Assembly (NCBI GenBank): GCA_963823035.1
Contig: CAWGKG010000018.1
Location: 64,001 to 128,000, forward strand
Direction of reading: 5' to 3'
Source of the DNA: an uncultured Gemmatimonadales bacterium
GTDB taxonomy: Bacteria > Gemmatimonadota > Gemmatimonadetes > Longimicrobiales > Gaopeijiaceae
Length of the DNA stretch: 64,000 bases
The position numbers and the translations under genes were made by a program. The notes under the pieces are model-generated. The model did no database searches, was not told the origin of the DNA, and saw only the letters and a list, made by a program, of their open reading frames with translations. Shown here one piece after another: positions 41,256-50,620 of this stretch. Numbering within the stretch: the stretch's first letter is position 1; every line of letters begins with the position of its first letter.

Positions 41256-41774
41256 CTACGCGGGCGGGCTCCCGGCCTGCTCGCGAAAGAAGGCCCGGCC
41301 GTGCCAGCTGTCGCGCGCAGGCCGCTCCAGACCGCCCTCACGTAGCGCGGAAAGGCGCGTCAGCGTCGTGTCGAAGACGGGCGTGGAGGCGTCGACCGCG
41401 CCGTTCCGTGCCAGGCCACGGAAGTCGGGCCGCGACACGACGCGGATGGCACCCCCGTCCCGGTACCAGACCGGTGCGTGCTCGACCAGCTTGACGCCCA
41501 GCTCCGCGCCGAGCGCCTCGAGGCGGTTCACGAGCGCGTCGATCGAGCAGCCGGACGGCTCCGACGCGTCCTCGTCGACGCCCACCACGAGGAACGTCCC
41601 CTCCTCCAGGAGCCGCCCCGAGCGGAGCGGAGCCCCGTGGGCGGCCCATCCGTCGAGGAAGGCGTCCACCTCGCGCAGGAGGCGTTCGGCCTCGCGGGCG
41701 TCGAGCGGACGGTCGGCTGGAAACACCCAGACCCGTCCATGGTCGGGGAGCGCGTCGAAGTCGATTCGTGGCAT
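41256..41774 (-). CDS. Conserved hypothetical protein (WAAHG and SGCSID motifs)
   Basis: GC3-biased ORF with RVWVF..WAAHGAPL..PSGCSIDAL..TPVFD..SWH. Confidence 0.75.
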   Translation of the reverse strand: MPRIDFDALPDHGRVWVFPADRPLDAREAERLLREVDAFLDGWAAHGAPLRSGRLLEEGTFLVVGVDEDASEPSGCSIDALVNRLEALGAELGVKLVEHAPVWYRDGGAIRVVSRPDFRGLARNGAVDASTPVFDTTLTRLSALREGGLERPARDSWHGRAFFREQAGSPPA

Positions 41775-41811
41775 GCCGGAAGCCTGTCGAGTGAGCAGTC
41801 CGTCGTCGGAT

Positions 41812-42901
41812 TCAGACGCCGAGGTCTTCGTCCACCCCGGCGGGGCTGGCGGGCGCCCCCTGGGGCGGCGCCTTGTCCAGGAGTATGGCTACCCAGCGCA
41901 GGTCGTGCGTGTTCTCCAGCCAGATCTTCACCACCACGGTGAGCGGCACGGAGAGGAGTGCCCCGAGGGGTCCCCATGCCCATCCCCAGAAGAGCAGCGA
42001 GAGGATGACGACCAGGGTGGAGAGCCCGAGCCGCCGTCCCATGAGGTTCGGCTCGAGGATGTTGCCGAACAGCGTGTTCACGACCACGTAGCCGGCCGTG
42101 ACCACGAGGGCGTGCGCGAGCGTGCCGTGGAGGATGAGGCTGAGGAGCACCGCGGGTATCCCCGCGATGATCGAGCCCACCGTCGGCACGTAGTTCAGCA
42201 CGAAGGCGACCAGCCCGAGCAGGATCGGGAAGTCGAGGCCCATCACGGCGCACCACGCCCCGAGGATGAGGCCCGTGGCGAGCGAGACCACCGTCTTGAT
42301 GCCGAGATACGTCTGGACCTCCGTGACCACCTTCTCCAGGCGGCTCTCGTCGCCCAAGCCGTCGCCGAAGAGGTAGCGCACCTTGGCCGGGAACACGGTG
42401 GCCTCGCCCAGCATGAAGATCATGATGAGGAAGACCAGGAAGGTCGTGGACACGAACTGCGCGATCCTCCCTACCGCGCTCCCCGCGAAGTCCACGACAG
42501 CGGCCGGGTTGATCAGGTCCGTGGAGAGGTAGCCCCCCAGCGGGAGCCCGATGCGCGTCTCCAGCGCGTCGATCCACTGCTCCTGCAGGCTCTGCAGGCG
42601 CACGGCGTAGCGCGGGAGCCGCACCTGCAGCTCGGACATCGACTGGCTGGCCAGGAGGATGATGAGGCCCGAGGATGCCGACCACGACCAGCACGGTGAT
42701 CGCGATCGCGAGCGCCGCGGGTACGCGGCGCCGCTGCAGGAAGATCATCACCGGCAGGCTCAGCACCGCGAGAAAGACGGCCAGGGCCGCGGGAAGGAGG
42801 ATCGGCGCGGCGAACTTGATCCCGTAGACCACGACCACGAGACAGGCCAGGACAAAAAGGAGCTGGGCGCCTGGATTCTGTTCCGAGCGGTCGAAGATCA
42901 T
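41812..42901 (-). CDS. AI-2E family transporter; +1 frameshift near 42669
   Basis: [57 protein letters not shown]. Confidence 0.9.
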
Positions 42902-43049
42902 CGAGTGGTCCGTGAGGCTGGCGGTGCGCCGCGGGATCGCGAAGGAGACCGCCGGCGCGGAGCGCGCCCGGGGAGCGCGCCAAAGAGTACCCCGGCGGGG
43001 CGTGATGTGCCATAGCCCCAGGCCCCTCGGGTTGCACTATGTTGGAGGG

Positions 43050-43427
43050 ATGACCTCCGCTCCCGAAGAAGACCTCCCACCGATCCCCATTCCGGACTCC
43101 GACGAGGAGCTCCTCGCACAGTGCCGCGTGGAGACCTTCCGCTCGGGCGGACCCGGAGGGCAGCACCAGAACACGACCGAGAGCGGGGTGCGGCTCGTCC
43201 ATCTTCCGTCGGGCGTACGCGCGGAGGCGCGCAACGAGCGCAGCCAGCACCGGAACCGCGCCCTCGCGCTCCAGCGGCTCCGCGAACGCCTGGAGCGGAG
43301 GAACCGGCGACGGAAGCCCCGGACGCCCACACGCGTGCCTCCCCGGGAGAAGCGAAAGAGGCTCGACGCGAAGCGACGCAAGGGCGAGATCAAGCGCCAC
43401 CGACGCCCGCCCGATCCCGAGGAATGA
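43050..43427 (+). CDS. arfB: Alternative ribosome-rescue peptidyl-tRNA hydrolase (ArfB/YaeJ-like)
   Basis: [20 protein letters not shown], basic C-tail [22 protein letters not shown]. Confidence 0.85.
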   Translation: MTSAPEEDLPPIPIPDSDEELLAQCRVETFRSGGPGGQHQNTTESGVRLVHLPSGVRAEARNERSQHRNRALALQRLRERLERRNRRRKPRTPTRVPPREKRKRLDAKRRKGEIKRHRRPPDPEE

Positions 43428-43537
43428 AGGGTCCCGGCGCGCGGAAACGGTTCTTTCCTCCTCGGGGGGGTAGGGGTACCTTCGCGTCTGCCCAGGACCC
43501 TCCCTCGAGCGTGACGACAGCCGAGGCCCACTAAGCG

Positions 43538-44677
43538 ATGCCCGACGAAGCTCCGATCCGCGTGCTCCTCGTGGACGACGACGAGGCGGCGTTCCAGTTG
43601 ACGCGCGCGATCCTGGACCGCATTCCGTCGACGCGCTTCGATCTCGACTACGCCCACTCCTTCGACGACGGCGCCGCTGTCATGGCACGGCAGGTGCACG
43701 ACGTCTACCTCGTCGACTACGTGCTGGACAAGCGCTCCGGCATCGACCTCGTGCGCCGCGCGCGTGCGGCGCTGAACCATGCCCCGATGATCCTCCTCAC
43801 CGGGAAGGGGCGATACGCCGTGGACGTCGAGGCCATGGAGGCCGGCGTCTCCGACTACCTGGAGAAGGCCCGGGTCGACCCCGACCTCCTGGAGCGCTCC
43901 ATCCGGTACGCCATGGACCGAGCGCGCGCCGAGGCGGACCTGCGCGACAGCGAAGCGCGCCACCGCTCCATGTTCGACCATCTTCCCATCGGCCTGTACC
44001 GGACGACCGTCGAGGGGGCGCTGCTGGACGCCAACCCATCGTTGGTCCAGCTCCTGGGGCATCCCGACCGCGACACGCTGGAGCTTGTCTACGCGCGGCA
44101 CTTCTTCGTGAGCCCCGCACATCGCGACACCTTCCTGGAGCGCCTGGAGCAGTTCGGGCTCCTGCGGGGCTTCGAGAGCGAGCTGAAGCGTCCGGACGGT
44201 CGCCTCGTGCGGGTGCGCAACGCCGCACGCTCGCATCGCGACGAGCACGGCGCGACCGTCTACATCGAAGGCTCGGTGGAGGACGTCTCGGAGGAGCACG
44301 AGGCCCGCGACCTGCACGGGCGCGCGGCACGGTTCTCCTGGATCTTCGGACGCTCGGGCCTGGCGATCGTCCTCGTCGACCTCGCGGGCACGATCCTCGA
44401 CGCGAACCCCGCCTTCCTGCGTGCCTTCGCCTACGAGAGCGAGGCGATCCTGGGCCGGCCGATCGTGGAGCTGGCAGACGCCTGGGACCGGGACTCCCTC
44501 TCGAGCGAGCTGGCCCGCGTCGCCTCCGGCACCGCCGACACGAGCGAGGCGGAGCGCCGCCTCCTGGCCACCGACGGCGTGGTCCTGTGGGCGCGGACAC
44601 GCACCGGGCTGGTGCGCAGCGCGAACGGACGCCCCGACCACGTCATGATCCTGCTGGAGGACGTGGCCGAGGCGTAG
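43538..44677 (+). CDS. Response regulator REC-PAS-PAS, no output domain
   Basis: VLLVDDD, YLVDY, ILLTG, DYLEK receiver followed by two PAS/PAC domains, then stop. Confidence 0.85.
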   Translation: MPDEAPIRVLLVDDDEAAFQLTRAILDRIPSTRFDLDYAHSFDDGAAVMARQVHDVYLVDYVLDKRSGIDLVRRARAALNHAPMILLTGKGRYAVDVEAMEAGVSDYLEKARVDPDLLERSIRYAMDRARAEADLRDSEARHRSMFDHLPIGLYRTTVEGALLDANPSLVQLLGHPDRDTLELVYARHFFVSPAHRDTFLERLEQFGLLRGFESELKRPDGRLVRVRNAARSHRDEHGATVYIEGSVEDVSEEHEARDLHGRAARFSWIFGRSGLAIVLVDLAGTILDANPAFLRAFAYESEAILGRPIVELADAWDRDSLSSELARVASGTADTSEAERRLLATDGVVLWARTRTGLVRSANGRPDHVMILLEDVAEA

Positions 44678-44691
44678 TCCTGCCTGCGGAG

Positions 44692-44765
44692 TGGGCCCGG
44701 CAGGGCTCGAACCTGCGACCGATGGATTATGAGTCCACTGCTCTAACCAGCTGAGCTACGGGCCC
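44692..44765 (-). tRNA. tRNA-Ile2 (CAT, lysidine type)
   Basis: GGGCCCGTAGCTCAGCTGGTTAGAGCAGTGGACTCATAATCCATCGGTCGCAGGTTCGAGCCCTGCCGGGCCCA cloverleaf; CAT anticodon with ileX-like GACTCATAATC arm; CCA not encoded. Confidence 0.9.
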
Positions 44766-45885
44766 CGTCGGGCAAAGATACGGACTCGTGGCTCCGGCGG
44801 AAGCGCAGGCGCGCGGCGACGCCGCTGCCCTCGCGGTCCAGCCGAGCGCCGGCCTCGCCGCTCACCTCCTCCACGTCGCCCCCCTGCGCGAAGGCCAAGC
44901 CGACACAGCGGTCGGCGTAGTCGGGGTGCTCGCGGATGAACGCCCGTGACAGGAGGAGGAGGTCCACGCGCCCCTCCGCGAGGGCTGCATCCGTGGCTTC
45001 GGGCCCGAGGGATCCGAGCGCGCCGGAGCGTGCCGCGTCGGCCAGCTCCGTGACCAGCCGTAGGTGCTCGCGCTCGCTCAGGTCGCCGGCCGCCGCGCGC
45101 ACGTCGTCGCGGACCTGCGGCAGGCTCATGTCCACGCTGAGCGAGGGGCGCTCGCTGACGCGGCCGTCGAAGCGCTTGGGTAGGTTGTGCGCCAGATGGC
45201 GCACCATCTCGGGCGTGCCACCGAGGACCACGACGCCGTGCGCGCCCGCCCGCTCCTCGATCACCCCCATGAGCTCCTTGAGCATGCGCTCGGAGGCCAC
45301 CTCGAGGATCCGCTGGGCCTGGTCGGTCGACGTCTCGCCGCGTTGGCCCGAGCTACGCGCCGGGCTCTTGCGCATGCCGACGTCGGAGAGATCCCCGACG
45401 TACGTGTCCGCGCGCAGGCCGTCGAGCTCGCGCATCTCCCCGTCCACGTGCTCGAAGAGACGTGCCCGGCGGCTGTCCGCCAGCGCCACCAGCACGGGAC
45501 GCTCCTGTTTGAGCGCACGCACGTACGGGGCGACGCGGATGCCCGGCTCCCAGCGCACGACGTCGGGCATGGCGGCGGGCAGGCCCTCCGCATAGCGGAG
45601 CTGGTCCGCCGTCGCGAAGGCCACCCACCCGCGGTGGGGAAGAAAGGCGTCCTCCAACGGACGCAGCTCCCTCTCGACGTGCTCCCACGCCCGGTCGAAG
45701 TCTCCGAGGCCCTCCCCGTCCGACGACTCCAGCTGGCGGCGAAGTGCCGCGATTCCGGTCTCGAGGCGGGTGCGCCATGCATCCCGTTGCGCCGGATCGT
45801 GCTGGTCGCCGTTCACGTAGACGCTCAACACGTTCTGTTCCTCGAGGTCCCGGTACAGCTTGACGAGCCTGTCGTGGGTGAGCAT
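44743..45885 (-). CDS. Bacterial aeRF1/Pelota-like (baeRF) protein
   Basis: VLSVYVN, PVLVALADSRRARLF, VVLGG, GPEATDAALAEGRVDLLL and C-terminal GVAARLRF (eRF1 domain 2/3 pattern). Confidence 0.75.
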   Translation of the reverse strand: MLTHDRLVKLYRDLEEQNVLSVYVNGDQHDPAQRDAWRTRLETGIAALRRQLESSDGEGLGDFDRAWEHVERELRPLEDAFLPHRGWVAFATADQLRYAEGLPAAMPDVVRWEPGIRVAPYVRALKQERPVLVALADSRRARLFEHVDGEMRELDGLRADTYVGDLSDVGMRKSPARSSGQRGETSTDQAQRILEVASERMLKELMGVIEERAGAHGVVVLGGTPEMVRHLAHNLPKRFDGRVSERPSLSVDMSLPQVRDDVRAAAGDLSEREHLRLVTELADAARSGALGSLGPEATDAALAEGRVDLLLLSRAFIREHPDYADRCVGLAFAQGGDVEEVSGEAGARLDREGSGVAARLRFRRSHESVSLPDGARSSAG

Positions 45886-45972
45886 TCGGAGTCTCCCGGA
45901 TCGGGGGCAACGTCGCGAGGGAGTTGCAGCGGGCTCCCTTGCCCTTCCGTCAGGTAGAACCCCGCACCCGCG

Positions 45973-46644
45973 TCAGCGGTTCGCGGCCTCCATGTCCATG
46001 TCGCTCGTCGCGGCGGTCGCCTGGGCGGAGTGGTCGATCACGATGACCACGCGCCGGTTCTCCCAACCCGCGGTGCCGGGGCCGGTCTGGCCTTCGGCCA
46101 CGAGACGCTGGACGTCCTCGCCGTAGCTGACCGTGCGGATCTTCTCGCCGGTCATGCCCTGCTCGATCAGGAAGCCCTTCACCGTATCGGCCCGGCGCAT
46201 GCCGAGCTGCTGGTTGTAGGCTCGGCTGCCGGAAGCGTCCGTGAAGCCCTCCACGGTCACCAGGGCGCCCGGGTAGTACTCCTGGGCGATCTGGCTGAAG
46301 CGCGCCAGGACGTCACGACCCTCGGGCAGGATCTCCGACTCGTTGTACGCGAAGTACACCGGCATGTCGAAGCGCAGCGCCGTCTCGAGCTTCTGTACGG
46401 TGACGTCGAACTGCTGGCGGAGGTCGGTCAGCTGGGACTCGAGCTGCGACATCCGGGATTCCATGTTGTCCACGCGGCCGCCGAGCTGGCCGGAGACCTG
46501 CTGATCTCCCTGCTCGATCTGCTGAGTCAGGTCTTCACGCAGCGTCGCGAGACGGCTATCGAGCTCCTCGGGCTTGACGTGGGCGCACGCCGATGCCGAG
46601 ACGCCGAGCGCGGCGGCAACCGCCAGCCCCCGGAACGCTCTCAT
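45973..46644 (-). CDS. OmpA-family lipoprotein with N-terminal coiled coil
   Basis: Lipobox ASAC; VYFAYN, VEGFTDASGSRAYNQQLGMRRA, SYGE, NRRV. Confidence 0.9.
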   Translation of the reverse strand: MRAFRGLAVAAALGVSASACAHVKPEELDSRLATLREDLTQQIEQGDQQVSGQLGGRVDNMESRMSQLESQLTDLRQQFDVTVQKLETALRFDMPVYFAYNESEILPEGRDVLARFSQIAQEYYPGALVTVEGFTDASGSRAYNQQLGMRRADTVKGFLIEQGMTGEKIRTVSYGEDVQRLVAEGQTGPGTAGWENRRVVIVIDHSAQATAATSDMDMEAANR

Positions 46645-46739
46645 GTGTCCATTGATCATTCGGGACCTCCCCGGTAGGGTCGTTCGGTCTTCCGACACCG
46701 GACGCCGGAGTGCGCCCGGGTGTTCCGAACGATACTCCC

Positions 46740-46756
46740 TGCAGGATGGGTGCCAA
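46740..46756 (-). promoter_or_regulatory. Putative sigma54 -24/-12 promoter
   Basis: Minus strand TTGGCACC-CATC-CTGCA with canonical GG-N10-GC spacing, about 95 nt upstream of the OmpA gene. Confidence 0.55.
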
Positions 46757-46803
46757 GCGTGCTGTGACGCCATCTTGAGGGGGTTCCGTTACCCCACGGG
46801 CAC

Positions 46804-47442
46804 CTACTTGGTGCCGAAGAGCCGGTCTCCCGCATCTCCCAGGCCCGGGAGTATGTACCCGTTCTCGTCCAGCTCCCGGTCCAGGGCTGCGGTGAACACC
46901 GGGACGTCAGGGTGACGGTCCGCCAGCACGCGAACCCCCTCGGGCGCGGCCACGATGCACATGAAGCTGATGCGCGTCGCCCCGCGCGCCTTGAGTCCGG
47001 AGATCGTCGCCGCGCCCGAGCCTCCGGTCGCGAGCATGGGGTCCACGACCACGAACCGCCGGATCCCGGAGAGGGCCGGCAGCTTGAAGTAGTACTCCAT
47101 GGGCTGCAGCGACTCCTCGTCGCGCGACATGCCCACGTGCCCGACCCGCGCGCCCGGCAGAAGACGGATCACGCCCGAGACCATCCCCAAGCCGGCGCGG
47201 AGCACCGGAACCACGACCAGCTTCTTGCCCGCGATCCGTGATCCGGTGGTGACCTCCAGGGGCGTGCGCACCTCGACCTCTTCCTCCTCCAGGTCGCGGG
47301 TGACCTCGTAGGCCATCAGGGTGGCGATCTCCTCCACCAGCTCCCGGAAGAGCTTGGTGGGCGTCTCCACGCCGCGAAGCAGGTGGAGCTTGTGCCGGAT
47401 CAGGGGGTGGTCGATGACGGTGAGGTTGTCGAGGTCGGGCAT
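46804..47442 (-). CDS. upp: Uracil phosphoribosyltransferase
   Basis: [46 protein letters not shown]. Confidence 0.97.
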   Translation of the reverse strand: MPDLDNLTVIDHPLIRHKLHLLRGVETPTKLFRELVEEIATLMAYEVTRDLEEEEVEVRTPLEVTTGSRIAGKKLVVVPVLRAGLGMVSGVIRLLPGARVGHVGMSRDEESLQPMEYYFKLPALSGIRRFVVVDPMLATGGSGAATISGLKARGATRISFMCIVAAPEGVRVLADRHPDVPVFTAALDRELDENGYILPGLGDAGDRLFGTK

Positions 47443-47528
47443 GCGGTTCGCCTGGTCGGTGAGCGTGGCGGCGCTACCTTACATCCGGACTCCACCGCCC
47501 CGAAAGTCCGGGGAAGGACCGGGCCGGG

Positions 47529-48182
47529 ATGAGCGACATCGATCGGCGGGCCGAGCGCGACCAGATGATCCGCCGTCAGATCAGGGCACGAGGGGTCACG
47601 AGCCCCCGCCTGCTCGACGCGTTGGCCCGCGTTCCCCGAGAGCTCTTCGTGCGCGCAGAGACCCGCGACCGTGCGTACGCGGACCGCGCGCTCGGCATCG
47701 GCCACCACCAGACCATCTCGCAGCCGTACATGGTGGGGATCATGACCGACCTGCTCGACCCGGCGCCCGAGGACCGGATCCTCGAGATCGGCACCGGCTC
47801 CGGCTACCAGTGTGCGGTGCTGGCCTGCCTCGCCGCGGAGGTGTGGTCGATCGAGCGGATTCCGGAGCTCGCGCGCGACGCGATCGCGCGCCTCGACGAG
47901 CTTGGCCTCGACAACGCGCACGTCCGCGTCGGCGACGGTTCTCTCGGATGGCCGGATGCCGCGCCCTTCGACGGCATCCTGGTCACGGCCGCGGCGCCCG
48001 CCCCGCCCCCCTCGCTCCTGCAACAGCTGGAGCCGGAGGGAGGGCGCCTGGTGGTCCCTGTGGGCGGCCGAGACCTCCAGTACCTGGTGCGGGTCGAGCG
48101 CCACGGTACCGAATTCGTGTCGGATCGGCGCATCGGGTGTCGCTTCGTTCCCCTGGTCGGGCGCGAGGGGTGGGACGGCTGA
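47529..48182 (+). CDS. pcm: Protein-L-isoaspartate O-methyltransferase
   Basis: VPRELFV, QTISQPY, LEIGTGSGYQ, GDGSLGW, FVPLVG. Confidence 0.95.
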   Translation: MSDIDRRAERDQMIRRQIRARGVTSPRLLDALARVPRELFVRAETRDRAYADRALGIGHHQTISQPYMVGIMTDLLDPAPEDRILEIGTGSGYQCAVLACLAAEVWSIERIPELARDAIARLDELGLDNAHVRVGDGSLGWPDAAPFDGILVTAAAPAPPPSLLQQLEPEGGRLVVPVGGRDLQYLVRVERHGTEFVSDRRIGCRFVPLVGREGWDG

Positions 48183-48213
48183 GTGGGCCGCGAGCAGCCC
48201 CACCCCTCGCGCC

Positions 48214-49872
48214 TCAGCGCTTGATGCGCTCCCCCTTGTCTTCGTAGCGGAAGATCCAGGCGGCGATCCGCCCGGGCCGGATCGCCCCGGTCAGGTCGCC
48301 GTACTCGTGGTCACCGCCCGAGCCATGGGCGACGCTCGGGCGCTCCGCGACCTCGCTCAGGAACCGGCGACACCGGTCGCGCCAGCGGCGCCAGTTCTCG
48401 GGACGCAGGTCCACCCAGCCACGGTCCACCAGGCGGGCGTCGCCCGCGGGCAGCCCCACTTCCGGCTTCACCTTCACATCGGGGCCGCGCAGGAGGCCGG
48501 CTCCGTCCGGGAGGAGGATCGGGATGCCGATCGACAGCACCCTCTGGCGCAGGTCGGCGTCGCCCTCCAGCATCGCCCTCGAGCGCTGGGAAGCCTCGTC
48601 CGGATCCAGCCCCGCCGCCGCCTGCAGCCCCCCGTAGAGACGCGAGAGGATCTCCCCCTCGAACAGCAGCTTGGAGAGGCGGGGCGGCCCGAGCATCTCG
48701 TAGGCCACCGACCGGATGCCCGCCTTCGCCTCGAGCGCCTCCATGTGATCGATCGCGATGCTACGCAGCGCGCCGGCTCGGTAGGTCGGGCCCATCGTAG
48801 CGGCGTCCAGCGCCGCCACGACGTCTCTGCCCGTCGGATGGGAGAGGATCTCGCGCACGACATTGTCGGCGATCTCCTCGGGGGTCACGAACTCCATGAG
48901 GCCGAGCGCGGTGAGCGTCTCGAACTCACCGAGGCTGAAGAGGCCGTTCTCTCCCGCGTCGATGTAGACGCCCTCGAGCGGCGTGCCCGTCTCGCGGGCC
49001 GCCTTGCCTCCGTCCGGGCCGAACGCGTCGGCGAGCGAGAGGGGCTCGGTGCAGTCGACGCGCATGATGGGTCGGCCTCCCCGCTTCACCGGTCCGTGCG
49101 CGATCGACTTCCACGAGATGGCCGCGGTCGGCTTCACCTCCTTCACGGCCGGCGCTCCCGGCGTGCGCGCCATCAGGTAGAGGAAGAGCGTCTGCGCGCC
49201 GGCGATGCCCGACTTGGCGAGCAGCACGCGGGACGGTCGCTCCTCCGAGTGCGTGAAGGGGATGTTGAGCCCCATGCCACCCGTGCCGGCCGTGCCCACC
49301 TTCACGAACACCTCGGTGGCGGCCCGCCGCATCCCCTCCAGCGCGATCTGCGTGTGCCGGATGAGCTGAGGGAGGTAGAGCAAGGCCAGGTGCGACTCCA
49401 CCGCCGCGGTGTCCGCCTTCCCCTCGGCGGCGGCGGTGCGCAGGCTCGCCACCGAAGCGAAGACGTTCTGGTAGGCCAGCGCCCCCGCCGTGTTGATACA
49501 GTCGACGATGATGCGCGGCCGCGTCTCCTCGAGCATCCGGCCCAGCGTCGAGCGGCGGAACACGTCCTCGGTCAGCTCGCCGTAGAGGTCGTCCACCAGG
49601 CTCGCCCGCAGCTCCGCGTCCTCCAGGATCCGGGTCCGTGGCATGTCCTTCATCGCGTCGGGGACGAAGAGGTCACCCCAGACGGCCTCGAGGGCGACGC
49701 CCTCGGCCAGCCGCTCGGCCCGCAGCTCCTCCAGCGCGGCCTCCGACTCCTCCCGGCGCAGCGACCCGATCACGATCCTCTGGGGGCGACTCTGCAGCAT
49801 CTTCCGCGCGACCGCCATGCCCACGAGCCCGGCCCCGCCGAGGATGAGAACGGTCTTGTCTCTCAGATCCAT
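48214..49872 (-). CDS. Uncharacterised Rossmann-fold (SDR-like) protein
   Basis: VLILGGAGLVG nucleotide-binding motif; 552 aa; GTAGTGGMGLNIPFTHSEERPS and GENGLFSLGEF blocks. Confidence 0.75.
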   Translation of the reverse strand: MDLRDKTVLILGGAGLVGMAVARKMLQSRPQRIVIGSLRREESEAALEELRAERLAEGVALEAVWGDLFVPDAMKDMPRTRILEDAELRASLVDDLYGELTEDVFRRSTLGRMLEETRPRIIVDCINTAGALAYQNVFASVASLRTAAAEGKADTAAVESHLALLYLPQLIRHTQIALEGMRRAATEVFVKVGTAGTGGMGLNIPFTHSEERPSRVLLAKSGIAGAQTLFLYLMARTPGAPAVKEVKPTAAISWKSIAHGPVKRGGRPIMRVDCTEPLSLADAFGPDGGKAARETGTPLEGVYIDAGENGLFSLGEFETLTALGLMEFVTPEEIADNVVREILSHPTGRDVVAALDAATMGPTYRAGALRSIAIDHMEALEAKAGIRSVAYEMLGPPRLSKLLFEGEILSRLYGGLQAAAGLDPDEASQRSRAMLEGDADLRQRVLSIGIPILLPDGAGLLRGPDVKVKPEVGLPAGDARLVDRGWVDLRPENWRRWRDRCRRFLSEVAERPSVAHGSGGDHEYGDLTGAIRPGRIAAWIFRYEDKGERIKR

Positions 49873-49887
49873 CTCGTCCTGCCTTTG

Positions 49888-50616
49888 TCATGTCCTGCCG
49901 GCGATGGCCCGCAGGAGGCTGATCTCGTCATCGGTGAGGGGCCGAAGCCCCCCCCGGGGCAGTGTTCCAAGTCGGACGGGCCCGAGGCGCACCCGCACCA
50001 GGCGGCGCACCGAATGGCCCACCGCGTCGAAGAGCCGGCGCACCTCGCGCTTCCGCCCCTCGGTGAGGACGAGGCGCACGACTCCGTCCCGTCCTTCGCG
50101 ACCGACGAGCTCCGCCCGCTTCGCACGCGCGAGCCCGTCGGCCAATTCCACACCCGCGCGCAGCCGCGCGAGCGTCTCCGGCGACGGCACCCGCGTGACC
50201 GTCGCCACGTACTCCCGCTCCACCCCCTGGCTCGGATGGAGCAGGGCGTGGATCACGTCACCGTCGTTGCTCAGGAGGAGGAGGCCCTCGCTGTCCCGGT
50301 CCAACCGTCCGACGTACTTGAGCGAGCGCTCGGACTCGGGCAGGATGTCGTAGATCGTCGCCCCTCCGTGTGGGTCCGAGCGCGTCGTCAACAATCCCGG
50401 GGGCTTGTGGAAGGCGACCCAGCGCACCTCGGCCAGTTCCGCGGCCACCCCGTCGACCTCCACGACGTCGCGCTCGGGATCCACGCGCGTTCCCAGCTCC
50501 GTGACCACGGCCCCGTTCACGCGGATCCGTCCGTCCAGGAGCATGCGCTCCGCTTCCCGGCGCGAGCTCCGCCCGGTCATCGACAGGTACTTCTGCAACC
50601 TTATCGCTTCGCCCAC
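49888..50616 (-). CDS. rluB: rRNA pseudouridine synthase (RluB/RsuA family)
   Basis: S4 domain RLQKYL..SRREAE, VGRLDRDSEGLLLL, EGRKREVRR; directly follows scpAB. Confidence 0.88.
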   Translation of the reverse strand: MGEAIRLQKYLSMTGRSSRREAERMLLDGRIRVNGAVVTELGTRVDPERDVVEVDGVAAELAEVRWVAFHKPPGLLTTRSDPHGGATIYDILPESERSLKYVGRLDRDSEGLLLLSNDGDVIHALLHPSQGVEREYVATVTRVPSPETLARLRAGVELADGLARAKRAELVGREGRDGVVRLVLTEGRKREVRRLFDAVGHSVRRLVRVRLGPVRLGTLPRGGLRPLTDDEISLLRAIAGRT

Positions 50617-50620
50617 GGGA

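Noticed and set aside
44660..44720. tRNA 3' end as an integration site
   Set aside because: No integrase, no duplicated tRNA 3' fragment and no compositional shift seen in the window.
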